A stretch of 64,000 bases of DNA from Hormiphora californensis (Eukaryota; Animalia; Ctenophora), in NCBI GenBank assembly GCA_020137815.1, contig CM035360.1:6014001-6078000 (forward strand), read 5' to 3'. The position numbers and the translations under genes are program-made. The notes beneath the pieces are model-generated. The model made no database searches. It had not been told where the DNA came from and saw only the letters and a program-made list of their open reading frames with translations. This document shows, in pieces, positions 11,439-34,200 of this stretch. Within the stretch, counting starts at the first letter, position 1, and each line of letters starts with the position of its first letter.

Positions 11439-14321
11439 ATGGTTATCGTGGATAAAGACATTGCAGAGATCGTGGTTTCAGCAGTTGAAAGAAAACCAGA
11501 GTACATTAGACTCTTCCAGAGAAGCAGTGAGTGATTTTTATAATTTCAATATTACACTCAAACACTCTCTCCCTCCAGTCCTAATTTCTCTCTCCCTCCA
11601 GGCTCCAGACCCGATCACTTTCCCTCCAGCCCCCATCTCTCTCAGCAAGTTTTTATTTCCGACCTGGCAATACCCATCCTACCCATACCCGACCACACAA
11701 TACCCATCTCGGTTAGAAAATAAGGTTGATACTCCTTTCAGAAGTTTCAGAACGGGAGCTCTTTTACTTGAATCGGAACTTAGGAGGTCCGACCTATTTG
11801 AGAAATATCAGGAGTGAAATTTTTAAAGCGATCAGAAAGGAGATGGTGGATTGGTATCACACAAAACCCCGCCCAATATCACCTGGGTTAAGAGTGTGCG
11901 CTTTGATAGATGAGGCGGTGCATGGAGCATGTGAGTATGACAATTATATCCTGTGATATCTAGCTACGAAAGTCCAACTTTACCAACCTCAACCCCACTC
12001 GTTACATAAGTTATTCCAACAGGGGCTGTTGTGAGTGATGTTATGACAACCGTAGCTAACTCTGCCTCATGCATGGCTAAGAAAGAGAAGCAGGAGGTGA
12101 GTTCCGACCCTTACCATAATCTGGTTAGATCTATTATTCTGGCAAGACTACTAACCAGTAGTAACCATGTGTTTTTCTTTTTTTAACCAGATGGGTACAA
12201 TAGACCTCACTCTGGCATCAAGGCTAAAGAGACCACTTCAAGATATACTTGTGGACGTGGGAAGACCTATGAACTGCAGATTTACCAATGGAACAATCGT
12301 ATGGTACGTTGTCCAGTTCAAGTATCTCTGAGCTTTTACTATCCATTCATTTCTCAAATTCCTAATTCTTTACCGTTTACCCTGCCCCTTTTATTTCGAC
12401 AATTAATCCTGTCATATATTAGGCGACCGTTACCTGTTACCGAATAGATGAAGGAGGAGATATAAGAATTATCCCGGCCACCCCGGTTGCCAAGGTAATC
12501 AGGGAGATGAAGCTCCCTGAGATACTTAACGCCACAAGCAAGGTGAGATGTCTACTACCTTAAGTTTTAACCTAGTGTATTCTCAAGTTCAGTTTACATT
12601 TGAGAATTAGGTGTGTGCACGACGCCCCAAGTCCAATATATGATTCCTTCTGTAGGTTGAGTTACTGGAACACAAAGATTGGGCGATGGGTGGGGAAGTG
12701 GCAAGAGAGGTGGTCATGGCTGAAGGACGTGACGGTGGGACATGATTGCCCTGATGCACCACCAACAACCACCCCAAGTCTGGAGGATTCTCAACGCCAA
12801 AACACACACTACCCCAAAGACAAAACACATCCGACATCAGGAAGGGTGTATTCGTTACCAAGAGAGGATGATAGTGTTTTAGTCAATGAAGAGGAGGAGG
12901 AGGGAGGAGATGAAAGTGTTTTAGTCAAACCCGGGGCGCGGAAAGAGAGGGTCGAACAAGGAAAGGACGATAAAGAGAATATCAGTTTGAAGAGGCCAGC
13001 TCCCCCATTAGATACCACGTCCATTAACAAAAAAGGTTTGGTTTTCATCTTACAACTACCTTCAATCATCAAGTGCCAATTGAATTGTTGCAAATGTAGC
13101 AGGATATAATGTACATCTTTACAATTGTTCCCTCCTATAGGCAAGGAGCGGAAGACATTCTCCCACCAACTTCCACCGGTATCTCCCATTGGTTTCGAAG
13201 TCACCCATTTACGTTGCTCGCGCAGAGGGGTAATTTCATTACCAATATCTCCCACGGTCAAGAGAGAATCAATATCCACCCCAAAACACCCTCCCCCTCG
13301 ACCATCTACCCGGAGTGAGAGGTACTCCGAGAGGAACTAGGAGGGTGTGAACTTCTTCTTGAAGAAGGGAGGCGGTGGGAGGAAGTCCTCTTGGTAAGTG
13401 TTATTCATTATTTTATTTACCTTGAACGCACCGAACTTTTTCGGTATTGGGTGTGAACGGAGGAGTCTGCCAACTCTGTACTAATTTAGTACTGCTAATG
13501 TCATGTAAAGGCTATTGTGTGGAACCCGCACACTTTTTGACGCACAACAGCTATTGTTTCTCCTCTATAAAGAAACTCTGTCTTGAGTCTTTGATGTTGA
13601 AACCCTCACCTGTCAGCAATTACCCAACTATATTTTGACAACTGATATATCATATTTTTGTTCAGCGTTATTGATCTTTCTCTGTTTTTCTCAATCTCTT
13701 TCTATCTCTCTCTCTATCTCTATCTCTCTCTCTTTATCTCTCTCTATCTCTCACTCTCTCCCCTCTTCTCCATCCCGCTCCTACTCACACTTCTCGGGGA
13801 AATTTGCTGCTATAGCAACCCCCCTAGCAGCAGCTCGAACTGCACACACACACATAAATATATATCACTCAGTAAATACGAAATCGAATATGTTTAGTCT
13901 GGTCGCGGCCCCCGGCCTTTATCAGTTCTCTGTTCTCTCGTGTGTGTAGTTGACTCTTTGTTTTACCCCGTACGTTGACCAAGCTTCTCCTTTTGGCTCT
14001 TGTGTCTGCAGATCCCTTCTCCGTCGCGAACTTAAGTTTCTCTCTCTCCCCCTTTCTCTCGTGTTTGCAGGCTGGAGGTTGGGTAAAATTGGGGCTCGAA
14101 TGTCCCTCGATAACTTATTTTGCCACAAATGCATGCTGTTATTGAGCATTCAGAGAGCTTACAGCGATAGAGACTCTTCTCTACTCCCTTCTCTCAGAGA
14201 GAGAAGAGTATAGAAGAGAATCTGCAGTTAGAAAGAAATATATATCTGCAGTTAGCCTATTTACTGATATGTAGAGGGTTGCAAGGTGTCTTCCGTGTGT
14301 TATTCCGTACACTACTATACA

Positions 14322-14410
<89 letters not shown>

Positions 14411-16409
14411 CTATCTCTATACCCATGATATCTCTCTTGACTAACGCGTAACGTGTTCTTCAGTTTTATACAGACCCGTAGTAGCCCATACCCAGCCCAT
14501 ACTAGGAATCAGATTGAACAATCACGCTATTGATACCCTTTTTAGGTTACCAGTCTTAGCCTCAGTTGGGGTCCTCCATCAGTAATTATTTTCAATATTA
14601 GGACTTACCTGTTTATAGTGTCTCTTTTCTATTATCACCAGTTGTGAGTTGTAACATGCCCCCCCCCCCCTCCTCAGCTCAACAAATACCTGATGGCACA
14701 GCAGCAGTAGTGTAAGACATGTTGTACACACAGACCCAGTGTTACTAGGTGGTCATGTATGAGCACAGGAGATCCTTTCCAAAACAAATCAGTATGATCC
14801 AGGTAAAATATTATACAACCCCCTGGCCCCCTTGGCTTGCTTGTGTATGATATCCCCCTTCTTCTATCCTCCTGCGCTGTCTCTCTCATGTTATCGCGCG
14901 TGCTACGTTTAGTTAGGGATGGGGGCGAGTGAGTCACTCCCTCTCTCCTTCCCCCTTCCCAAAAAGAGAGGGGACACTGTAGTCTCTACCCAACTGGCCC
15001 CCTAACTTAAACTATAATCAAGATCCTAATTCTTGGATCTTGGATCTGGAATTGTGTTCTGAAAAAAGAACCATATTGACGCTCAATACTAATCCAACTT
15101 CCTTCTACAGATATCCCAGCCCCTCCAAGACAACCGGCCCAAGACAACCCATATCACCAGCAGTCTCACCCGAAACTTCCCTCTCTATAAGTCAGCTGCT
15201 GGTTTCTATAGCAACTATGCGACTCTCCAAACACAGGCCACCATATCGAGAAGCACACCCAACTTTTCTAAAGATCAACAGGTTCGTTTATACAATACTT
15301 GTTTAGTGTATCTGTTTTTATCTGATACTGATCTATCTTCCTAATGGTACCCTTTATTCTAAACTCAACTCGGTCCTTTTTCAACCTTTTTATCTAATTA
15401 CCTCACCCTTGACCCTAACAGCTAACTATCTCTCGCACAGTGCCCCCTAATTACCCAACACTCCTCACTACTCTATTCCCAGGTTTCATTCCCCATGTGG
15501 TCCCGTCCCTTCCGACCCAAACAGATGAACTCAGCTGGAGGAAGGAATGGGAGGGTGTTAAAACACCGTGTACCTGCAGCCACACCAACAGCTCCTAATC
15601 ACCGCCTAACTGGCAGCCACTTGTAAGTTGACTAGCAAACCCTTCGATACGGTAGACGCAACCCCGACGCTTTCCTCTTACGAATTACGATAGAGATGGG
15701 TTAATTAATTAACTGATTTAAATTAGTTGTATTTGAAGATGGTCTAACTCTTTTCACACTTCAGAAAGTTAGGTCAAGAGGTAGCTACAGCAGTAGGACT
15801 AGAGAAAAAGAGAAGGGATCAAGACCTACCTCCTATTGCAACATCTCCTGCCAGCCCGGGTCAGGAGTACCCTTCTCCAATACGGGTCACTGTCAAAATT
15901 AATCATCGTGAAACGAAGAGGTAACTTACTAGACTGTCATGGCACATGTGTATTTGTGTGTACTGTGTCATAAACAAGTTGGAAACACTTTATAAGCACT
16001 TTGTAGACGTACAATTTCCAACTCAATCCAAATTTCCAGGCTTCCTGAGACAGACGATAGTTCGAAATCAGGGGAAGGTGGACCGGTTGGTGAATCTGAT
16101 TTTACATTACAACGTTATATTGACTTTCTCAGACGATCTGGGAATGCTGATCTAACTCACAACGCCTACCTGAAGGTTAGTTAGTACTTTACGCATGGTT
16201 TAGTACGGATGGTTTATCTGGTGGTGAATTTTAGGTCTAGGTCTACACTTCACTTCCCCTACAAGTTATAACTCACACCCTTGCCCCCCCCCCCCATATT
16301 TAACTCGCTATCCCCCCTGTGATAGGTTGAGAACTGGCTGTCTGAAATGCATAAAGATGGGACCTGGCCGGTGCAATGGTTCTCAACTAAACGGGTACAT
16401 CACTATTAA
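11439..16409 (+). CDS. Uncharacterised multi-exon protein gene (no family recognised)
   Basis: Chain of AG/GT-bounded open exons (about 11422-11527, 11741-11930, 12023-12096, 12191-12303, 12423-12542, 12656-13035, 13141-13393, 15111-15281, 15483-15622, 15765-15920, 16040-16176, 16326-16409); phase checked only for the last three. Confidence 0.55.
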
Positions 16410-16473
16410 AGTTGTTGAGTGTCATGGGGGACTCAAGAAATAGAAGAGGAATGAGGATATCACTGTTATAGAT

Positions 16474-16586
16474 ATTATGCCAAAAACTAACAGAAATTAG
16501 TTGGCTGGAAAGGTGACCACTTTTATTGTCAAACTTACACCTTTGCCCTCTCCGGGTTTTTTCATCATTATATTTCCCTCTCACTT

Positions 16587-16683
<97 letters not shown>

Positions 16684-16799
16684 CCTTTCTCTCTCCCTTT
16701 CCCTCTATTTCCGTAACCCGGGCCGGGCAAAGGTGTAAGTTTGACAATAAAAGTGGTCACCTTTCCAGCCAACTAATTTCTGTTAGTTTTTGGCATAAT
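16474..16799. repeat. About 75-bp inverted repeat enclosing a (CT)n microsatellite
   Basis: 16474-16548 is the reverse complement of 16725-16799. Confidence 0.9.
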
Positions 16800-17415
16800 T
16801 TAGGTCTATTTTTGGTATTTTCTGATGTGAAATACGATGTAAGACATGTCTGGACGTAGCAGAACTTGTAAAGACCGTCAGAAATCGCTAAAAATTTAAA
16901 TTTTGACGTCATTTTGACGTCATAGTGTGACGTCACGACGTTATAACGTCTTGCTAATGAAAAATTATTATCAGGCTCATCTAGATAAAGATGCTGACCA
17001 AGTTTGAGATCGATTGGACAAGATTTGAGGTCGCTATGGCGAAAAACGCACTATCGTCATATCTATTTTATACAGTCTTAAAACTTCAGACGCGATTTAA
17101 GACCCTTGGAAATAGAGTTTCAAAAATTCGCGATATAGTTTCTGAAAGTTTAGACGATTATCTTTCATAAGTGTGGTCTCCATTTTTCAATCAGAAGCCG
17201 TCTTCAGGGTGTAAATTGAGCTCAAAGAAATTTGGTCGATTTGAAAAATATCTTAACTTTATGACAGTTTTTAAGGACGTTCTGGTAAGACATAGAACAT
17301 GAAAACCCTCCAATAACACAATCCAAACGATTATCTTTCGAATGCAACAAACGAGAAGTGTCTATCTCTTGTAGTTTTTCCAGAAAATTGTCTGCAAATT
17401 GTGTAAAAAAGCGTC

Positions 17416-17447
<32 letters not shown>

Positions 17448-17722
17448 CATGTATATATAGACACGGACATTTATTGCTTTTTTCACCATGTCATAACTCT
17501 AAAACTAAAAGAGATAGAGACTTGCCCTTTTAAACTCCAGTAGATCTAGTCTACGTGACACTGTATACCAAATTTCAGACCGATTGGTGCAGTGGGGGCC
17601 TCGCTATGGGCGTCGCAAAATGCCATTTTTGGCTAAAAACTGAAAAAACTTATTACTGCTTTCTGGCACGCGCGGCTGGGGGGAGGTGGTGGTCACCTTT
17701 GCGCTCGCCAGCGCAGTGATAA
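16713..17722 (+). mobile_element. Helentron/DINE-like non-autonomous element
   Basis: 5' AAAGGTG...GTGGTCACCTTT sub-terminal hairpin; internal (GTAT)n; repeated core (CCAARTTT.AGA.CGATTGG...TCGCTATGG); 3' GTGGTCACCTTT followed by hairpin GCGCTCGCCAGCGC. Confidence 0.55.
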
Positions 17723-17989
17723 TGGACAACATGAGATTTGACTCCCCTCCGGGAGCAACGAGGGTTCAGACAGATATAATATTTTCTTGGTGATAAACTA
17801 TTTTAGACTGGGTTCGCTTGCATTAACGAAAGATTCAGTGTTCGCCAAACACTTTATGAAAAACTTGGGACACATTTATTAATTGAATTAGGATAAAAGA
17901 ATCTATTTTTATTATCCTTTTAAAAAGTTTTACCATTCTTAAGTCGATTGTTTATCATTTATTATCATCAAAAGGTTTTGCAAAAAATC

Positions 17990-18071
17990 CGCTGCGAGCA
18001 GGGTTCGAACCTGCGCGGGCATTGCCCATTAGATTTCAAGTCTAACGCCTTAACCACTCGGCCATCGCAGC
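17990..18071 (-). tRNA. tRNA-Ser (anticodon UGA)
   Basis: GCTGCGA acceptor stem, A box TGGCCGAGTGG, anticodon arm TTAGA-CTTGAAA-TCTAA, long variable arm, B box GGTTCGAACCC, T6 terminator just downstream. Confidence 0.96.
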
Positions 18072-18496
18072 AGTATGATTTCCGCAATTGTCGGGTATTT
18101 AAACTCATCGTCACAGCCTCATTCGAAAGTTGCACTGCTTCCAATGAGGTCATGATGGGAGAGAGTGCCTCCCGGTTCAACCTGTCACGTGACTGACCGC
18201 GCGCATTTCGCCAGTAAGGATGATACTGCGCGTTTCCATTCTGTACGTTTTCACTGCCAAAATGTCGAAATGCGTGCAGCGGCGTGTTTTAAATTATATG
18301 CGCTGCAAACTTCCCGCGCGGCGTTGAATATATTTTCAAGTTTGAATCAAAAATTTTCGTTTTTCCTGACCCTTTTTAAAAATTTTTCTGCCTCAAATTT
18401 GAAAATTCTGTGAACAGCCTGTGCTACGTCTGCCGTCGCCCGTCATATTGGCCACCCGCATGAAGCGTTGTCTACGACGTCAAAGAAGCAGTTCAC

Positions 18497-18734
18497 TAAA
18501 GTCGGATTTTTTGAAACTGTCACCCCCCTGGGTGGTGCACGAGTTTTTATTTCTGCGTCGGAAACTTGTTTCTTGACCAATTTCGTCAAACCAAAGTTTT
18601 ACGGACTCACAAAATTATGCTCTTTCCGATAATATGCGTTTTTTGCCGAAGAGTGAGAGCAAGTGGGGCTGTCACGCGCAAATACGACGCCGCGTGTGAA
18701 AAGGGGGGCGACAGTTTCAAAAAATCCGACTTTA
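18497..18734. mobile_element. MITE, about 238 bp
   Basis: 32-bp inverted termini TAAAGTCGGATTTTTTGAAACTGTC(A/G)CCCCCC with 1 mismatch. Confidence 0.75.
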
Positions 18735-19414
18735 ACGTTGTTTGCTTTTTCGGACGTTTTGACTCTTGGATTTCGTGGGCGGCGCTGTTGGGGTGGCAAA
18801 CGCCAACCATGACGGAACACCACTGACTACTGTTAACTGTAACATAACATCAGTCCACATTAGCCATTACTAGTTAATTCACACAAATATAACTCGGTCA
18901 CCCCTAAAGTATATAATGCCCCTAAATTTCACACTTCCTTCACCGTTTTGAGAAGTTTTTCCTGTTAGCGAAGGTTTGCAGAGCTTGTTGATATCAGATA
19001 AGTATATGTATTCGCAGTAATATGATCTGAGATCTCACACAAGACATACACTGATCGTGGGGGCTTACACCTCACTAACAATAACAATGTGAACTGCAGT
19101 TGCCAGTTGTTTTAGCTAGCTGCAATCAATGTCCTACATGAATTATACTCTGTTTGATTTCATTCTCATTATCATCTACCATCTTTTGTTGTTGAAGCAC
19201 AGCTCCCAACAATTATACAAGGGGTGAATGGTGGATCACCATTGGTGATGTGGTTGTGAGGGAACGTAGTATAGCACCCCCTATGGTCATTGACCAATGA
19301 CCAGCTATACTAAACTAATCTCAACTCCTTTTATTAGCTAGCGATGTAAGGTTTTCAGGTCAAACTAAATACTAATAGCCACCTGAAGAGAAGTCCCATA
19401 ATTGTGAGGGAGTA

Positions 19415-29052
<9,638 letters not shown>

Positions 29053-29757
29053 AGGCCGTGTGAAATGTTGATGACTATTATATTGAGAGTTCTGATTTTC
29101 ATTTGTGAGGGTGGAAAAGGGTGAATTAATGTTTAAAACTGTTTATATTTTTTGTAGAGTTCTTATTTTCAAAGGGAGTCACAATTTAATTTCCATCGTG
29201 AATATGAATTAGCATAGAGGCGTTTTAGAGTTTCAATTAATCCTGTGATTTGTAAGAGTAGGCCATAAATTATCTAGTTTTTGATTTCATTTCCCGCTAG
29301 AAACTTTGTTATTTGCCTCGCTCTGGGTGTTTGAGGAACGGTAGAATACGAAATTACATAATGATTTTCCGTAATATTACAATAACTGTATTTATCATGA
29401 TCCGTGATGTGTGAATCTGTGTCTGAAATGTATTTGTTAACTGACACAATTAAGTTTTCCATTTCCAAAAACAAAGCTTTTCCCTTTGAAACTGGTGTAT
29501 TGGTTAGCTGTAGTAGTAATACTACATGCCAGTGATTAGTGTGACTTGAGGGGTCTTTTGGCCACACTGAATCAGCATCCTGCACTGCGTTCAGCTGCGA
29601 TCGAAACGGAAGTGCACCTATCAGCCCGATGCTTGTCTTGACATGTTTGGCGGTGTCAGACCCCGTTTTGATTCTTAATCTTAGAGTTACTGCTCTCAGA
29701 TCTGCCATGGAAAATGTCAAAGGGCTGTCAAAACAGGGCTTAGCTAACAGCTGTGGT

Positions 29758-30119
29758 CAGAGCATTGGCCTGACAGATTGCGATTGTACAAGAATCTCAG
29801 ACTTCAGTAATCAGTCCCATGACAGACAGCCTGGCCTAGTGCAAGTGTACCAACCTATTACCTAGTACATGAAATTGTAGCCTTTCTGGCGGCGCCGACT
29901 TAAACAATGCACAGATCGGCTCGGCGGAAATCAGATCGGGTCAGAATTGAACAATTAATTTGTTATGTTCTAACCCGAAACACAGTCTAGCCAGGCAACA
30001 ATTAATGGGGTGTCAGCGAAGGCTACAATTTTAGGCCACTAGGCCAGGCTGCCATGGATAAAGTAAGGACTGAAGAAGGAATCTAATGTACAATGGCAAT
30101 CTGTCAGGCCAATGCTCTG
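29758..30119. mobile_element. MITE-like inverted repeat element
   Basis: CAGAGCATTGGCCTGACAGATTGC at 29758 and its reverse complement ending at 30119; related ends at 27043 and about 30170-30186; no clear TSD. Confidence 0.55.
29960..29998 (+). mobile_element. Mini-element TTG...CAA family (39 bp)
   Basis: TTGTTATGTTCTAACCC-GAAACACAGTCTAGCCAGGCAA; 8-bp TSD CAATTAAT. Confidence 0.8.
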
Positions 30120-31201
30120 ACACAGTTCTCGCGCTAGAGTTTGTTGAGATCTCAACAAGCGAGAATAGGGCCAGGCCAATGCTCTGACTGATCGCAATAG
30201 TAATGCCTGGAGGGTACCCATGGTATTGATTTGTTCACCTCTTACCGATACTCAACAACTCATGGTACTATGGTGACATAGACTATAGACTATTTGGCCA
30301 CATTGATGCCTGAGTGAGATCGAGGTCGCGCAGCAATGGAGCCAAATAGACTATAAAGATCAAAGACAACGGATTGGTGACATTGACACCTAGTGCGTGC
30401 GAGATCGAGCTCTGTGAAGCAGACAGGCGGCAATGGCGCCAAGACAACGGACCCAACCTGTAGCCGTAAGGTACAACTACAAATTAAACACACGCTAGAC
30501 CACTCTTGTAACCGAGCCCCATTTCAAAAGGAGGAGACACATTGAAGTTGAGATCTCATTCAACAGTTGCCAAAAACATTCAACTAATGCCAAAACCGGT
30601 GAAACTGACTCAGTACGGATAAAATAAACCCTGAGAGATGTATAAACGTGCGATCTCAAGTCCAGTGTGTCCCCCCCCCCCCCCCAATAGTAACACAGTT
30701 ATAAAAACGGAATATATGGTTGATAATAAAATAATGGGTTAGTTTGTAACGTTATATAATTGCATAAAATCAAAATACTATCTGGGAGACATTCAACTAC
30801 CGCTCCCAGGTTTGTCCTGACTCACAAAAATAATGATAAAAACTCTCTAATGTAAAACTATAGACCGTAATATATGGCTATTTGTAGAGCCATATATGGC
30901 CATTGGCCATTCATAGACCCAAATATGGGTTACATTATGTAACTTACATATATATTTAACAAATTGTAATAACAGGTACGGTCAAGATTCTAGTACTACT
31001 ACATGCTCATATAACCAATAACGTAAGTAATTACTGACCATAAAATATTCAGTTAAAAAATATAGTACAACAATATGAACATGCGCCTCATGTTTTTGGT
31101 TTAGTGTCAATTGGTACAAAGTACAACTCTCAAACTTTATTCCAGTCTCTTCTCCCAATTTCAGTTATTCTCCAGTTATTCTCTTTTCCAGTGGCCAGCA
31201 C

Positions 31202-34200
31202 TCAGTTAGGGCAGGAGTAAAAAATCCGATATCTGAACTCCTCCAGCACTTCTAAATCTTTTTCTTTGTCCTTCATAGCCCTATCGATTTCCTTTATCTC
31301 CTGCTCCATCTTATATCTTAACATTTTCATCTTTGAGATGTCCTGAAAAATGAAATGAGTTAGTAGTTACTCTGGGACTTGCCTAGCTAGACTGTGTTTC
31401 GCGGAGGGTTAGAACATAACAATCTGATACAATGAGGAGACGATTTGGGATTGAAACATTGCATATGAATGGTGTATTGAGTGTATGATGTACCCCTGTT
31501 GAACATACCTCTCGTGCACAGACGTCGTTCTTCCTCACATCGGACAAGTGTTTGGCTACGCTTGTAGCATTTGTGGTGGGTAGGTTCACATTGACTTGTG
31601 ACCTGATATCTCTGGTACATCCACAGGCTCGGAGTAGATCGTATAGTTCGAGATCTGTCTCTTGGTTAACCATCCCACTTGTACGAGTACTCGAAGGTTC
31701 TGAGGGGGAGGGGGTATTTCCTAATTCTCACACTGTAAATTGAGGGGATAGACTACCACATGATACTTATAAAATTAATCTTGTTCGACTCTCTCCCCGT
31801 TACGAATTAAAAGGAGGGCTAGAACAAGGAGTAGTCGACTATATAGTTACCTGCTCTTATAGCTGAACTGGAGGAGAGGGAAGTACCAGCAGTGACAGTT
31901 TCCGGTTTCCTCGAAGGTACCTGCAACAATAGGAGGTCTATATAGACAATCGAATGCCGCTATTTATTATCGTTATGATTCACGAGAAAGCGGTCAGAGC
32001 ACCGCCCTGACACTTGTTATGTTCTAACCCTCCTTAACATTTGTAACACAGTCTAGCTAAGCAACCTGACACTGTCATTGACAAAGTTGGGATGAAATCC
32101 CCTGACAGTCTTTCGGCGTGCATAGAATGTGTATGCGCTAACAATAACTACTTTCATCACATGCGCGATCCCGCGCGCCCGAGACATTTATCGCCCCACA
32201 GAGAAAGAGCGGCGAGATATATTTAAAGAAGGGAACATGCTGTGCTGCTCCCGGAAGAATGCGCCATTATGTGAGAGAAAGAGACATGTCATTGGATCAC
32301 AAAATCTTACAAACGCTAATGATGTATAGATAATCTGTGAGGGAGAAGTTATACAACCTCTCGGGGCTCGGTAAACCCACAGAATTCCCAGGCTTCTGGC
32401 CTACTTTCACGATGTCTTCCAATAATATAGCTACTTCTTTTTCACTTAAACTAAGAAACATTCCCAAACTTCATTGTTCTCTGTTTTCTTCGTGTTTCAT
32501 CTTTCATCCCACGGTTTCAATTGTCTCTAATTAATAAGACAACCACGCCTAATTCATTCGATGAATTGTTCAAATAGATTTTATTCAGCACGGACACAGT
32601 GTCAAGCGACTCAACGCAATATACACTGAAACTTCTCTTCTCATACTGCATGAATACAAGTGGAATTTGGTACTAGCAATTAGCTGCCATCATTGACCAT
32701 GTGCCCTAAATTATATGGAATATGATTCTGGGAATCTATTCACGGGCCAAACACTGAACACAATGGCACAAAGACCTTTGCATTGTTGTTTGTCATGTAC
32801 CTTTTGTTATGGCAGCAATAACGATAATAATATAACAGTATTGTATTCAGATACCGGAATATATTATGCCAGTCTCAATGTTTCAACATCAACTAAAGGA
32901 CCATGATTCACTGAAACTGCTAATATAGGCTCTTCATCCATTATCCTTTGAGTCACGTGATCAATACAGTAGAGATACCAACCGGGGGGAGGGGGGGGGG
33001 GGTTCCAACCAATCACGTGACCAGATTAATGGGGTGGGGGTCTCAAAACCATTAGAAAGAGCCACTCTCCCTTAACAAACACACATTAGGGCCACTCTTT
33101 TGATTCTACTAAAACGCCAAATTAACGGCACCATACAACATACATCATCTAGGGGGGATTGAGCCTTTCTTTGTATTATACTCTTTACGATCCCCTACTT
33201 TGCTCACACAGTTGTCAGCAGTGTCAGCTACCACTGTACCTGACCTACCTAGGAATAGATAAAGTAGGGTGTGAGCGCAATACCACACCTAGCCCCTGCA
33301 TGTAAAAGGGGGGAGGGGTCTTGTATACACTTACTGTAACACGATAAGGTATTATAGTGACTTGTAAAGCACATGTAGTGTGTGACCAATTGGATTCCCC
33401 CCTCTCTCTCTCTTTATCTATTTCTATGTATTTCTCTTTCCCTCCCTCCTTTCTCTCTCTCTCTCTCTCTCTCTGTTTTCCCTTCGTGTTAAAATCTGCT
33501 ATTCCCTGAACATATGTTCTAAATTCAAGCAGACTTGTAGGCATCTCATCTCTGGTACCTCACCTCGACACACTATACTATATTTCAGGACTAGATGAAA
33601 AGGTACATTGTTGTCAATAGACTGCCAAAAGTCCGAGAGTTTAGTTACTCTCGCAGTGTGGGTGATGTTACAGTCATGTAGTATGACAAGTATATATTGG
33701 GTTATGCAGCACTTCTTATCACTACTTCATGTTATGTACTTCTTATCACTACTTCAACAGAACACATACTGGACCAGTGCTGTGGGTCTTATTGTGCAGA
33801 AGTGCAGAACAATACCCGATAAAAGTTGGTAACCCCCCTATAAATTAATTACCAAACTAATTATACATTTAGTAATTACAGAACATAACCAGCTAATTAA
33901 CAATTACCAGCAAATTAAATCACCCATAATTACCTCAGTTTGTGACTTCCTAAGATTTCCTGTATCAACCCCGTACATTTCCAGCGTTGACTCGTCAGGC
34001 ACCGGAAGACCTTTCCTAATCAGAACCAGTTCCTCGTGTTCCACAGTGAGCTCAGCAAAGCACTGCTCTAACATGAGCATGGTGATAGGGGTGTGACAGA
34101 GCCGCTCAAACAGAACCCTCCATAGAGCCAGGGGGAGGTGTCGATTGGGATTGCATTGGAGAACTTTCTGGATCACCTGGGGGAGGGAGGGGGTGTTTAT

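Noticed and set aside
13400-15100. Possible solo LTR or nested gene in the long intron of the orphan gene
   Set aside because: No TG...CA termini with TSD and no coherent exon chain found by eye.
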